Assembly (NCBI GenBank): GCA_029856125.1
Contig: JAHQWJ010000120.1
Span: forward strand, 192,001-256,000
DNA length: 64,000 nucleotides
Direction: 5' to 3'
Source of the DNA: Promethearchaeia archaeon
Lineage (GTDB): Archaea; Asgardarchaeota; Lokiarchaeia; Sigyniarchaeales; SOKP01
Shown: piece by piece, positions 20,803-30,761 of the stretch
How positions within the stretch are numbered: the stretch's first letter is position 1
Layout of the letters: each line of letters opens with the position of its first letter
Program-made: the position numbers and the translations under genes
Notes under the pieces: model-generated
Databases searched by the model: none
The model's input: the letters and a program-made list of their open reading frames with translations, nothing else
Told to the model about the DNA's origin: nothing

Positions 20803-21618
20803 GTGAAAATCATCGTTACAATCAAACAAGTTCCTGAAGCAGATAAAGTTGCAGTAAATCAGGAAACTGGGACTTTAATAAGAGAGGGAGTTGAATCTAT
20901 TCTCAATCCATTTTGTGAGTATGCCTTAGACATGGCTGTTAAAATCCGGGACGAGAATCCGGATATTGTTGTTGAAATAAATGCAATTTCAATGGGACCT
21001 CCTCAAGCAAAGATGGCGTTATTGCGTTGTTTGGAACTGGGAGCTGATAAAGCTTTTTTATTGTCAGATTTAGCATTTGCAGGTTCAGATGTTTGGGCAA
21101 CTGCTTTAACATTAAAAGAAGGTATACGGAAATTTTTACCTAATTTTGATTTGATATTATGCGGAAAGCACGCTATTGACGGAGATACAGCACAAGTTCC
21201 AGCGGAATTAGCCGAAAATTTAGGTATTCCTCAAATTTTTTATGGAATTGATGCAAAAGTCGAAAAGAAAAAGATTAGAGTTAAAAAAGAAACCGAAAAT
21301 GGTTTTCAAATCATTGAAACCCGAACACCCGCTTTAATAACAATTAGTAAAGGCCCCTCTAATATTCGCAGACTTCCATCAATGAAAAATATAATTGAAG
21401 CACGAAATAAGCCGTTAGAGACCATTACTGCTGATAAATTGGACATAGAAAAAGAAAAATTAGGATTAAATGGATCTTATACACAAGTAATTAACATTTT
21501 TGCGCCCCCTATAAAAGAAACAGGAAAGATTATTGATGGAAGCGATCCTGGTAAAGCAGCTGAACAGATGATGGCATTTCTAAGGGAAAGAAAATTGATA
21601 AAATTTGAGGTAGACTGA
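20803..21618 (+). CDS. etfB: Electron transfer flavoprotein beta subunit
   Basis: MKIIVTIKQVP, SMGPPQA, AGSDV.AT and GKHAIDGDTAQV motifs. Confidence 0.93.
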   Translation: MKIIVTIKQVPEADKVAVNQETGTLIREGVESILNPFCEYALDMAVKIRDENPDIVVEINAISMGPPQAKMALLRCLELGADKAFLLSDLAFAGSDVWATALTLKEGIRKFLPNFDLILCGKHAIDGDTAQVPAELAENLGIPQIFYGIDAKVEKKKIRVKKETENGFQIIETRTPALITISKGPSNIRRLPSMKNIIEARNKPLETITADKLDIEKEKLGLNGSYTQVINIFAPPIKETGKIIDGSDPGKAAEQMMAFLRERKLIKFEVD

Positions 21619-21624
21619 TTTAAA

Positions 21625-22839
21625 ATGCTAGAAATCAATGAAGAAAATTGCATTGGGTGTAAAATTTGTGAAACAGTCTGCCCATTTGGTGCAATAATTG
21701 TTGATCCTGAAGATAATAAAGCTAAAGTCTTGGACACTTGTACTCTGTGTGGAGCCTGCGTAAACGCATGTAGATATGATGCACTCACTATCAAACGCAA
21801 AATAGCTTCAAAGGAAGATTTAGAAAAATATAGCGGAATTATGATTTGGGGCGAATTGGAGGAAGATGAGGTCGAGAATCTACAATTAAAAAATGTGGTT
21901 TTTGAACTCTTAGGAAAAGCTCAAGAATTAAATAAAGCACTTAATGAAAAAATATCTGTTGTTGTCCTCGGGCCTCCGGGAAAAATTCCACCGATCGATA
22001 TATTATATCACTATGGAGCCGATGAAGTTTTTTTATGTGAGCACGAACTACTTGAAAATTACTCGACCGATGGTTTTACAACCGCTATTACAACATTAAT
22101 TATTAATGAGAAACCGTCGATATTTTTCTACGGTGCTACAGTTAATGGGCGTGATTTAGCACCCAGAATTGCAGCAAGAATTGCAGCTGGCTTAACCGCT
22201 GATTGTACTGCATTTGACATAAATAAAGAAAAGCAGCTTGTTCAAACCCGACCTGCATTCGGGGGAAATATTATGGCTTCAATTATATCCCCATTTACAA
22301 GACCTCAAATGGCAACCGCAAGACCTAATAATTTCCAAAAACCAATAAAAGATACTTCCCGAAAGGGAAACCTTAAAAAATTTGAAGTTAAAATTGAAAA
22401 ACAAACCATCAGAACGAAAATTATTAAAGAAACAATTTCCAAAGTTGATACAATAAATATTGAAGAAGCCGATATTCTCGTTTCTGCAGGAAAGGGAATC
22501 GGAAATAAAGAAAACCTAGGATTAGTACAAGAATTGGCGCGAGAAATAAAAGGAATAATGTCAAGCTCCCGTGCTTTAGTTGAACTCGGCTGGACATCTC
22601 ATCCCATACAAGTTGGTCAATCAGGAAAAACTGTAAGCCCAAAATTATATATCGCCTTAGGAATTAGCGGAGCGATACAACATTTAGTTGGAATGAAAAG
22701 CAGCGATGTATTAATTGCAATAAATACAGATCCTGAAGCCCCAATATTTAAAGTAGCTGATTTTGGAATAGTAGGTGACATTTTTGAAATTATACCTCAA
22801 TTTCTTAAACAACTGCATTCTGAACGGAGGAAAAGTTAG
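21625..22839 (+). CDS. etfA: Electron transfer flavoprotein alpha subunit with N-terminal 2x[4Fe-4S] ferredoxin
   Basis: CIGCKICETVCP and CTLCGACVNAC; GLTADCT, RPAFGGN, QVGQSGKTV and GISGAIQH motifs. Confidence 0.93.
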   Translation: MLEINEENCIGCKICETVCPFGAIIVDPEDNKAKVLDTCTLCGACVNACRYDALTIKRKIASKEDLEKYSGIMIWGELEEDEVENLQLKNVVFELLGKAQELNKALNEKISVVVLGPPGKIPPIDILYHYGADEVFLCEHELLENYSTDGFTTAITTLIINEKPSIFFYGATVNGRDLAPRIAARIAAGLTADCTAFDINKEKQLVQTRPAFGGNIMASIISPFTRPQMATARPNNFQKPIKDTSRKGNLKKFEVKIEKQTIRTKIIKETISKVDTINIEEADILVSAGKGIGNKENLGLVQELAREIKGIMSSSRALVELGWTSHPIQVGQSGKTVSPKLYIALGISGAIQHLVGMKSSDVLIAINTDPEAPIFKVADFGIVGDIFEIIPQFLKQLHSERRKS

Positions 22840-22882
22840 TACTTAATTTAATTTTTTAAACCTTGTAATATTTAAGATTAAT

Positions 22883-23908
22883 ATGATTCCTTCAATTGAA
22901 TGGACCCTCGACAACAAAGTTAAGATGATAGATCAAACTCTACTACCATATAAACTTGAGTTTTTAGAGTTTGACGATTTTAGAGCTGTCGCAAATTCTA
23001 TCAAAGTCATGAATATCAGAGGTGCCCCGGCAATAGGTGTAGCAGCAGCAATGGGTATGGCGTTAGCTACGATAGAATATAAAGAATTAGTAAAAGATAA
23101 ATTCCTTATTAAAATGGAGGAAGCTGCTGATGTAATACGCAGTACAAGACCTACAGCATCCAACTTATTTTGGGCAATAAATAGAATCTTGAAGATAATC
23201 AAAGAATTCCCTGATAATCCCTCGAATATATCTGATCTTGTCATTGAAGAGGTAAAAATAATGGCACAAGAGGATATCAACGTTAATAAAAATATCGGTA
23301 AAAATGGTGCTTCCCTATTAAAAGATGGAGATGTCGTTTTAACTCATTGCAACGCGGGATCTTTAGCAACTGTTCAATATGGGACTGCTTTAGCACCCAT
23401 CAGAGCAGCAATTGAAGAGGGTAAAAATATAAGCGTCATCGCTGATGAAACAAGACCGAGATTACAAGGCGCGAGATTGACGGCGTATGAACTCCAATAC
23501 GACAAAATCCCCGTAAAAGTAATTTCAGACACATCCTCAGGATTGTTGATGATGCTTGGAAAAGTGGATAAGGTAATTGTAGGGACCGATAGAGTTACAT
23601 CAGACGCGGTGTTTAATAAGATTGGCACGTATCTAGTAGCTTTAGCTGCAAAAGATAATAATATTCCTTTCTATGTTGCTGCTCCATCTTCTACACTCTC
23701 ACTTTACGAAACAATTAAAGATGTTACAATTGAACAAAGAGACAGTAATGAAGTATGTAACATATTAGGAAAAGTGCAAATCGTTCCTGAGGGTGTCGAG
23801 TGTTTAAATTATGCGTTTGATATAACCCCCTTTAAATTAGTGACTGGTTTTATTACAGAAGACGGTGTTTTCTCACCAGGAGAATTATTAAAAAAGTACA
23901 AGGTTTAA
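22883..23908 (+). CDS. mtnA: S-methyl-5-thioribose-1-phosphate isomerase (eIF2B-alpha-like)
   Basis: DQT.LP, IRGAPAIG, RPTA.NL, THCNAG.LAT, ETRPRLQG, NKIGT and FDITP motifs. Confidence 0.9.
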   Translation: MIPSIEWTLDNKVKMIDQTLLPYKLEFLEFDDFRAVANSIKVMNIRGAPAIGVAAAMGMALATIEYKELVKDKFLIKMEEAADVIRSTRPTASNLFWAINRILKIIKEFPDNPSNISDLVIEEVKIMAQEDINVNKNIGKNGASLLKDGDVVLTHCNAGSLATVQYGTALAPIRAAIEEGKNISVIADETRPRLQGARLTAYELQYDKIPVKVISDTSSGLLMMLGKVDKVIVGTDRVTSDAVFNKIGTYLVALAAKDNNIPFYVAAPSSTLSLYETIKDVTIEQRDSNEVCNILGKVQIVPEGVECLNYAFDITPFKLVTGFITEDGVFSPGELLKKYKV

Positions 23909-23953
23909 TAATAATAGAATAAGATATGTGATTTCACTCGGAATGATATAGAC

Positions 23954-24202
23954 ATGAAGTTTAATAAAAAACAAAAGGATACACTTTTTAAAATTCTTCT
24001 TACTAGTGAGATCGAACTCTTATGTTACCTTCTCTATTTGATTATATCTATCAATTTAGGCGATTTTATCTGGACACCTGAAATGTTAAGATCATCTTTA
24101 ACTGGTTTTTTCATTCAATTTCTCAAACTCGTGTTTCTTCTTAATGGAGTAATCTTGTTTCTATACATCGTAGTTTTTTTGATCTTTTTACTCAAAAGCT
24201 AA
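23954..24202 (+). CDS. Small 2-TM membrane protein
   Basis: 82-aa hydrophobic ORF that fills the gap between mtnA and dus. Confidence 0.5.
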   Translation: MKFNKKQKDTLFKILLTSEIELLCYLLYLIISINLGDFIWTPEMLRSSLTGFFIQFLKLVFLLNGVILFLYIVVFLIFLLKS

Positions 24203-25182
24203 TTGGAAGTAATTAGATTTCTTAATTCCTCTAAGTTTCTTGTTTTTGAGATTCGCGTTCTTAAACTAATTGCACCCTCAATATTTTTTGTAAACCATAT
24301 TGCATTTCTTCTCAATTCCATAAGCTTAAACTTCTCATGGGAAAAAGGCATATCGATCGTATCGTCTAAAAACTCATCAACGCATTCTTCGTACAACTTG
24401 AGGTATTTTCTCGCTTTAGAGAAACTAGTTTCGTGTTTAGATTCTATTCCCCTTGAAAAACATTGACTGATATGTTGAAAGATTTCTGGATTTCCCATTG
24501 ATGCTCTCCCAATCATAATGGCATCAACATTAGTAAGTTCTAAGAATTTTTTTGCAGTTAACCCGCCATAGATATTTCCATTTCCAACCACAGGAATCTT
24601 GACTAATGATTTTATTTTCTTTATAGTATTTAGGTCAAGGGTTGAGTCAAGGTATCGGTCTTTTACTGTTCTTCCATGAATTGTTAGGAAGTCAATACCT
24701 GAACGATTCACAATATCAGCTATTTTTTCGATATTATTTGTATTATTAAAGCCGGTTCTTATCTTAAGAGAAACGGGTCGTGAAGAATATTTTACCGAAG
24801 CCTTGAGCAAAGTTTCTAATACATCGAGATTCTTGAGGAGATAGCCCCCTTCTTCAGCTTTTATCGCTCTTCTAGAGGGACAACCTGCATTGATATCTAA
24901 GACATCGAATTGATAGCTTTCCAGAAAGTCAATGGAACTTTTTAAAGCGTCTAAATCTGAACCAATTAATTGTACGCTTACCGGTCTTTCTTCCTCTATT
25001 TTGTGTAAATATCTTAAAACGCTTCTGGAATGAGTTTCAATCCTTTTAGTATAAAGCATTGGGACGCACACTAACCCGATATTGCCGAATTTTCTACAAA
25101 ACCGCCTAAATGGCGCCGTAGATACTTGTAACATAGGGGCTAAAATTAAATTATTTTCTAAAAAGAGCGGTCCTAATTTCAT
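24199..25182 (-). CDS. dus: tRNA-dihydrouridine synthase family protein
   Basis: LAPM, VQLIG, DINAGCP, KIRTG, HGRT, GNGNI and MIGRA motifs. Confidence 0.9.
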   Translation of the reverse strand: MKLGPLFLENNLILAPMLQVSTAPFRRFCRKFGNIGLVCVPMLYTKRIETHSRSVLRYLHKIEEERPVSVQLIGSDLDALKSSIDFLESYQFDVLDINAGCPSRRAIKAEEGGYLLKNLDVLETLLKASVKYSSRPVSLKIRTGFNNTNNIEKIADIVNRSGIDFLTIHGRTVKDRYLDSTLDLNTIKKIKSLVKIPVVGNGNIYGGLTAKKFLELTNVDAIMIGRASMGNPEIFQHISQCFSRGIESKHETSFSKARKYLKLYEECVDEFLDDTIDMPFSHEKFKLMELRRNAIWFTKNIEGAISLRTRISKTRNLEELRNLITSN

Positions 25183-25326
25183 TTTATTTGTAAAGTATTA
25201 TTTTCTTATCTTTTACTTTCCATAAACAAGAATTTTTTAAGAAACTTCAATTTATCTAATTTAGAAAGAATAAGTTTAATCTATATTACTAAAGAACTAT
25301 ATTATATTCTCGAACAATTACTTAAA

Positions 25327-25830
25327 ATGTCAGATAACTTAAAGGAGTACGTTTTTAAGGTAAAACCAACTGAAATTACGTATATGGAAAAAGATCCACT
25401 AGAATTAAAAAAGGATTTTATTTTCTTTCACAATAAAATAAAATTTAGGAAGGAAATTACTCGATTACAAAATATATTTAAAGAATATACAAAAATCGCG
25501 CTTCAAGCTTCTGGAATACGAGATTCCTATTTAAAGGAAGAGTTTTCAGAGACTTTCTATATCATCGTTTTTACTACTCACGAGGTTGTTAGAAAAACTA
25601 ACGAAATTATTGAACCGCATCGTCATATCGATTTAAAGACAGGATGTTATTATCTAGAATCGACATCTGAGTATATACTTTTACTTGCAAAAGATTTAGG
25701 TGGGGTAAAATCTGGAGTAATTACGATGGAAGATATCTTTTATCAAACTTTTGAAGATCATTTCGCTCAGAAAAATACTGATGACTACGTAAAAATTAGA
25801 TCGTTTAAACTTTTTAATTGTATTGAATAA
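25327..25830 (+). CDS. Hypothetical protein resembling a stand-alone GH20 N-terminal (zincin-like) domain
   Basis: KPTEI...GCYYLE....ILLLAKDLGGVKSGVITM resembles the 'EGY.L.....I.I.A....G..YG..TL' pattern. Confidence 0.55.
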   Translation: MSDNLKEYVFKVKPTEITYMEKDPLELKKDFIFFHNKIKFRKEITRLQNIFKEYTKIALQASGIRDSYLKEEFSETFYIIVFTTHEVVRKTNEIIEPHRHIDLKTGCYYLESTSEYILLLAKDLGGVKSGVITMEDIFYQTFEDHFAQKNTDDYVKIRSFKLFNCIE

Positions 25831-25870
25831 TCTGCTCACTAAATTTAAGAAATTAAATAAAAAAAGTTAT

Positions 25871-27592
25871 TTATTTTACATATTGCCACGGTTTTTGTTT
25901 TCTGAGTTTGTACGCTTTTTTAGCGTATTCTTTCATCATCCGATTTGTGTTGAAAAAGGCTGCTAAAGCTATAGCATTCTTACTTCTAAACAACCAATCT
26001 TCGTGGTTTAAATAAGTTGGTATAATTTCATTTTCGAGAACCTCATAAATTGCTTTCGAATCAACATCCCAATCATTAGAAACTCCAGAATCATTCGGAT
26101 TTGAGTCATCTGGACCAATTGCCCAACCTGCCATAGGATTCTTATGATACCCTTCTAACCACCAACCATCCTGAACGCTGAAATTCAAAACACCATTTAA
26201 TGCTGCTTTCATACCACTTGTGCCACTTGCTTCTCGATATCTCTCAGGAGTATTGAGCCAAACGTCACATCCAGATACTAGCATGTGAGATATATCCATG
26301 TTATAATTCTCCATCATCACAACCTTCACTCCATAATTATCATAGAGATATTCACCAGCCTTATAGATTTCCTTAATATAATCCTTTCCCTTTGTGTCCT
26401 TGGGGTGAGCTTTTCCGGCAAATATGAATTGAATTTTGTCTTTACAGATACTTCCAAGTCTATCAATATCCTTAAATATTAAAGTAGCTCTTTTATAAGT
26501 AGCGAATCTTCGAGCAAATCCAATAGTAATGCGTTCCTCGTCTAAAAGATTCCAACTGTGTCCCTTCTGATAGTTGATTAGATTAAATTTGTTCTCGATA
26601 TGCGCATCAAATATATCCAAGTCATCAAGTTCAATTGCATTTTGAAGAATTGACGGATTTGCTTTCCAATTAGGCCATTTCTTATTAAAGATATGGCGAA
26701 ATGGGCGACTAACCCAAAATCCTAAATGAATCCCGTTTGTAATTGAATCGACTTCATATTGAGGAAACATTTTTCTGGATATATCACCATGTTTTTTTGC
26801 AACTCCATTTCTGTATCGAGAAAGCCCCATCCCTAGATAAGTCATGTTAAATTGACCGTTATCCTCTGCAATTTTGCTTATTTCCGAAGGCATCCTATTT
26901 TCAAATACTTTATCAACCAAATCTAGATTAAATCTATCGTGTCCGGCTGGTACAGGAGTGTGAGTGGTGAATACAACTTTGTCCCTTACTTTGTCAAGAT
27001 CCCCGTTTAACATATCATAAAGTTCCACAATAGAAAAAGAGCCGTGTCCTTCGTTTAGATGGTAGGTTTCTATGTTGTTGTATCCCTGAGAATTTAAAAG
27101 TTTCACGCCTCCAATTCCGAGTATCATTTCTTGCACAATTCTATTCCAACGAGATGTGGAATCGTACAATGAACCCGTCATTTTTTTCATCCAATCTTCG
27201 TTGCCTTCAATATCTGTAGTTAATAAATAAATTGGAAGTATATGACCTGATTGACCCATTACTTTGTATAGCCAAGCTGATACTAAAACTTCTTTGTCTT
27301 CAATTTTTATCGATATTGGTTTTTCAACTTTTTCAAACTCGTAAAAAAAGTTCCATTCAATTTCTTTTTCTTTTTGTTCTCCATGTTCATTGAAGAACTG
27401 ATAAAAATAGCCAGAACTATAACACAAACATAATCCTACCATAGGAAGCTCTAAATCTGCTGCAGATCTAACTGTGTCACCAGACAATACTCCCAATCCG
27501 CCACTATAAGTTGGAATGCTTGAGTCTACAGCGATTTCCATCGAAATATATGCAACTTGAGTGCTATTTTTCAAATCTTTGTCAACTTCCAT
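25871..27592 (-). CDS. glgP: Alpha-glucan (glycogen) phosphorylase
   Basis: YSGGLGVL.GD, HLNEGH, FTTHTP, FARRFATYKR and EASGTSGMK (PLP lysine) motifs. Confidence 0.95.
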   Translation of the reverse strand: MEVDKDLKNSTQVAYISMEIAVDSSIPTYSGGLGVLSGDTVRSAADLELPMVGLCLCYSSGYFYQFFNEHGEQKEKEIEWNFFYEFEKVEKPISIKIEDKEVLVSAWLYKVMGQSGHILPIYLLTTDIEGNEDWMKKMTGSLYDSTSRWNRIVQEMILGIGGVKLLNSQGYNNIETYHLNEGHGSFSIVELYDMLNGDLDKVRDKVVFTTHTPVPAGHDRFNLDLVDKVFENRMPSEISKIAEDNGQFNMTYLGMGLSRYRNGVAKKHGDISRKMFPQYEVDSITNGIHLGFWVSRPFRHIFNKKWPNWKANPSILQNAIELDDLDIFDAHIENKFNLINYQKGHSWNLLDEERITIGFARRFATYKRATLIFKDIDRLGSICKDKIQFIFAGKAHPKDTKGKDYIKEIYKAGEYLYDNYGVKVVMMENYNMDISHMLVSGCDVWLNTPERYREASGTSGMKAALNGVLNFSVQDGWWLEGYHKNPMAGWAIGPDDSNPNDSGVSNDWDVDSKAIYEVLENEIIPTYLNHEDWLFRSKNAIALAAFFNTNRMMKEYAKKAYKLRKQKPWQYVK

Positions 27593-27789
27593 AATTAATC
27601 ATTTCTCTCTTGTGTTTTAAATTTGAGTTACGATTTCTTTTATTTAATACTATCTATATTATTTTTAAAACTCTTGTTTTAAAATTTTATGTTAATACGA
27701 ATAACATGTAAGTATCAATTTTGTATGAATTAAATTAGGTTTAAAACTAGGGATTGTCGAGAAAATAATAAAAAAATATTAAATCATAG

Positions 27790-28161
27790 CTATTCTTCAT
27801 CAAGTTTTACTGTTGGACTTTCAAGATTGATTTTTTTTGAAATTCCGTGAGTATCCAATCCATTAATATCAAGCTTAGCTAATTTTTTCATAAAATCTTT
27901 ATTTTCAAAATTAGGAATACTATTTATGAGATTTGGCGCAGGTAATGAATTAATTAGGTTTGGCCTTAATAATGTATTCTTATGGGTGAGGTATTCTTCA
28001 CTTTGTTTTTTATTTTCAATATGATTTTTAAAGAATGGATTTTCGGGTCTCAAGTTTTCGATTTTAGCAGGATTTTTAACTATTGGAGAGTTAGGGATAG
28101 TAGATTTCGATATTCGGCAAATAGGGCAGTTATTATTATCCAAACCGTGTATGCATGACAT
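27790..28161 (-). CDS. Hypothetical protein with N-terminal CxH...CxxC motif
   Basis: MSCIHGLDNNNCPICR followed by a low-complexity Asn/Pro/Lys-rich body. Confidence 0.7.
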   Translation of the reverse strand: MSCIHGLDNNNCPICRISKSTIPNSPIVKNPAKIENLRPENPFFKNHIENKKQSEEYLTHKNTLLRPNLINSLPAPNLINSIPNFENKDFMKKLAKLDINGLDTHGISKKINLESPTVKLDEE

Positions 28162-28257
28162 GTATTATCACTATTTTTAATTTGACTACTGAATTGTTTA
28201 AATTAATTTTATCTTATATTTTTTTTTATAATATATAATAAAACATGAATAAATTTT

Positions 28258-29358
28258 ATGGGGATAATAATGAACGATAATTTTCTTAAAGAAATTAAAT
28301 CTCAACCTCAAGCGTTAGAAGATACATTAAAATATATCGTAGGCGAGGGTAGACCTCAATTTCTAAAGATTAGAGATTTTATAAAAAAAGGAGGGATAAC
28401 TAAATTAATTTTTACAGGTATGGGTTCAAATTACATCAGTTCATATCTACCTTATTATATATTGAACCAATACGGAATTGCTGTTGAAATGCGAGAGGCC
28501 GGAGAATTCTTGTTTAACACTTTTCCACGAGTTAAGCAAACTTGCTTTAAGGATACAGGAATCATAATTATATCTCCGTCTGGTGAATCTGAAGAAATTC
28601 GGGAGCTTCTGAGGGATATTAATGCTATATCTATAGACGACAAACCACTCACGATTGGTATCACTAATAATCCAGACAGTTATCTAGCTTATATGACCGA
28701 ATTGCAGATTTTTATGAATTTTGACGAAGAAATTTCAGTTACTTCACAGAGTTATGTGTGTACTTTGTTAATGCTTTACATAATGGCTAAAACAATTATA
28801 GGGGAATTTTTTACATCCGAAGAAGAAACACAAGCAGTAGAAGATGTTCTAAGGAGTATCAAGGAGTTATTACAGAACCAAAAACAAATTAACAAAATAT
28901 GGAAAGATTTTGTACCTGCTTTTGGAGAAAAAATTAATTTTTTAGAATTTCTCTCGAGAGGTTCTTCACTTACAACGGCTCACCAGGCAGCTTTATATTT
29001 TAAGGAAATTGTTAAATCTTATTCGGAAGCAAATTCTATATCAACTTTTAGGCATGGGGCTATAGAATGCTTAAATAAAAATACGAATATTGTAATTCTT
29101 TCTTCTGACAAAGACAATTTTGATTTGAATGTTCAGTTTATTGAAAATCTAGTAAAAAAATGGGCATTCGGGAGATTACTACACATTACTAATCAAGAGT
29201 TTGATGATAGAGTAAAAAAATTACACGATAGCTCAAAGATTTTCACTTACAAGCACGGAATAAAAGATTCACATCTCGCCCCTATTATGGAAATAATAGT
29301 TCTCCAACTATTGTTCCTTAAGATTGCAGAAAAAAAGGGAATTGAACCCGGAGTTTAG
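28258..29358 (+). CDS. Double SIS-domain protein (GlmS isomerase-like)
   Basis: KEIKSQP, TGMGSN, ISPSGES, GITNNP.S.LA and FRHG motifs. Confidence 0.85.
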   Translation: MGIIMNDNFLKEIKSQPQALEDTLKYIVGEGRPQFLKIRDFIKKGGITKLIFTGMGSNYISSYLPYYILNQYGIAVEMREAGEFLFNTFPRVKQTCFKDTGIIIISPSGESEEIRELLRDINAISIDDKPLTIGITNNPDSYLAYMTELQIFMNFDEEISVTSQSYVCTLLMLYIMAKTIIGEFFTSEEETQAVEDVLRSIKELLQNQKQINKIWKDFVPAFGEKINFLEFLSRGSSLTTAHQAALYFKEIVKSYSEANSISTFRHGAIECLNKNTNIVILSSDKDNFDLNVQFIENLVKKWAFGRLLHITNQEFDDRVKKLHDSSKIFTYKHGIKDSHLAPIMEIIVLQLLFLKIAEKKGIEPGV

Positions 29359-29424
29359 TAAACTTAAGAAATTATTATTCCTTATACTCAAATATCATTT
29401 AATTCTTCTCAGCCATTAGGAAAT

Positions 29425-30693
29425 ATGCAATCAACAGCTTCATCACAATCATTTAAAAATTATCTTTTTTTTTGGTCAGGTCAGCTTTTTTCGTTGCTAG
29501 GTTCTACAATTGTTCAATTTGTAATAATCTGGTGGATCACAATTGAAACTGAGGATCTAACAATCATCTCAGTGGCTGCTTTCTTCTCATTTCTCCCTCA
29601 ATTCATTTTTGGGCCACTAGCAGGCGTATTTGCTGATAGGTGGAATAGAAAAATCTTGATAGGACTCTCTGATTTCTTTCAAGCTATCACGACTTTAAGC
29701 TTGGTGTTATTGTTTTTTTTTGATATACAAGACGTTTGGATGATCATTTTAATCAACAGTTTTAGAGGACTATTTCAAGGATTTCATTGGCCAGCAGTAA
29801 ATGCTATAATTCCTTTAATGATCCCAAAGGAACATTTAAGCAGGATGAACGCTATCAATTATATTTTCACAGGTTTGGTTAATACTATGGGCCCAGTTAT
29901 CGCAGGTACTTTCCTACTAATCTTGCCAATAGATCAAATTTTGTGGGTTGATATTCTGACTTTTGTGTTTGCCATAATACCTCTTTTATTAATAAAAATA
30001 CCTCCACTCCCTAAAAAAGAACATATTAGAAAACAAAAATCTTATATTGGAGAATTTAAGATCGGATTGAAAGCGATCAAAATAGTACCAGGTTTGCTTA
30101 CTCTCCTTTTTGTAGCCACAATTTTAAATTTTCTTGGAAACCCTTATGGCACTTTAATGGTATATTATGTAGAAGTAACACATTTTGGGACTGTTGAGAA
30201 CACAGCTATCGTTCTTGCTTCAATCCAAGCCGGGATGTTCGTTGGGGCTATAATCGTCGTCATCAAAAAAGTTTGGAAGAAAAAAATATTAATCATATTT
30301 CTTGGCATCTTTGTAGGGGAAATCGGACATTTGATATTATCCTTTGCTCCACCACAAAATTTCATCGTTATAAGTATAGGTGGTTTCATCTTTGCGTTTA
30401 TTGTTCCATTTGTTAACACCATGTTTCTAACTATTCTGCAGACTGTGATATCTCCAGACAAGCAAGGTCGGGTCATGTCAAATGTAATCACCATTGTTAC
30501 GTTGGTATCACCGTTAGCGATGATAATTTCAGGACCATTAGCAGAGCTTATGGGTATTAAGACTCTTTTTATGGTAAGTTCGTTTTTAAATATCATTTTT
30601 ATTGCATTCGTTTGGTTGTTTTCTAATATTAGAAACACAAATTACGATAGAGTATATGAATTAGATGAATTAGATGAGAATAGCATTAATTAA
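29425..30693 (+). CDS. MFS transporter (DHA3/MefA-like)
   Basis: WSGQLFSLLGS, GVFADRWNRK and QGRV motifs; about 12 TM helices. Confidence 0.9.
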   Translation: MQSTASSQSFKNYLFFWSGQLFSLLGSTIVQFVIIWWITIETEDLTIISVAAFFSFLPQFIFGPLAGVFADRWNRKILIGLSDFFQAITTLSLVLLFFFDIQDVWMIILINSFRGLFQGFHWPAVNAIIPLMIPKEHLSRMNAINYIFTGLVNTMGPVIAGTFLLILPIDQILWVDILTFVFAIIPLLLIKIPPLPKKEHIRKQKSYIGEFKIGLKAIKIVPGLLTLLFVATILNFLGNPYGTLMVYYVEVTHFGTVENTAIVLASIQAGMFVGAIIVVIKKVWKKKILIIFLGIFVGEIGHLILSFAPPQNFIVISIGGFIFAFIVPFVNTMFLTILQTVISPDKQGRVMSNVITIVTLVSPLAMIISGPLAELMGIKTLFMVSSFLNIIFIAFVWLFSNIRNTNYDRVYELDELDENSIN

Positions 30694-30761
30694 AATAGTT
30701 TTTAAAAAAAGGTCTTTTTAATTATTTTATACATTCTAATATTAACTTTATTTGAAAAAAG

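Noticed and set aside
22883-23908. Translation factor eIF2B subunit
   Set aside because: Retains the MtnA catalytic motifs (RGAPAIG, THCNAG, Asp in GTDR), so the isomerase call is preferred.
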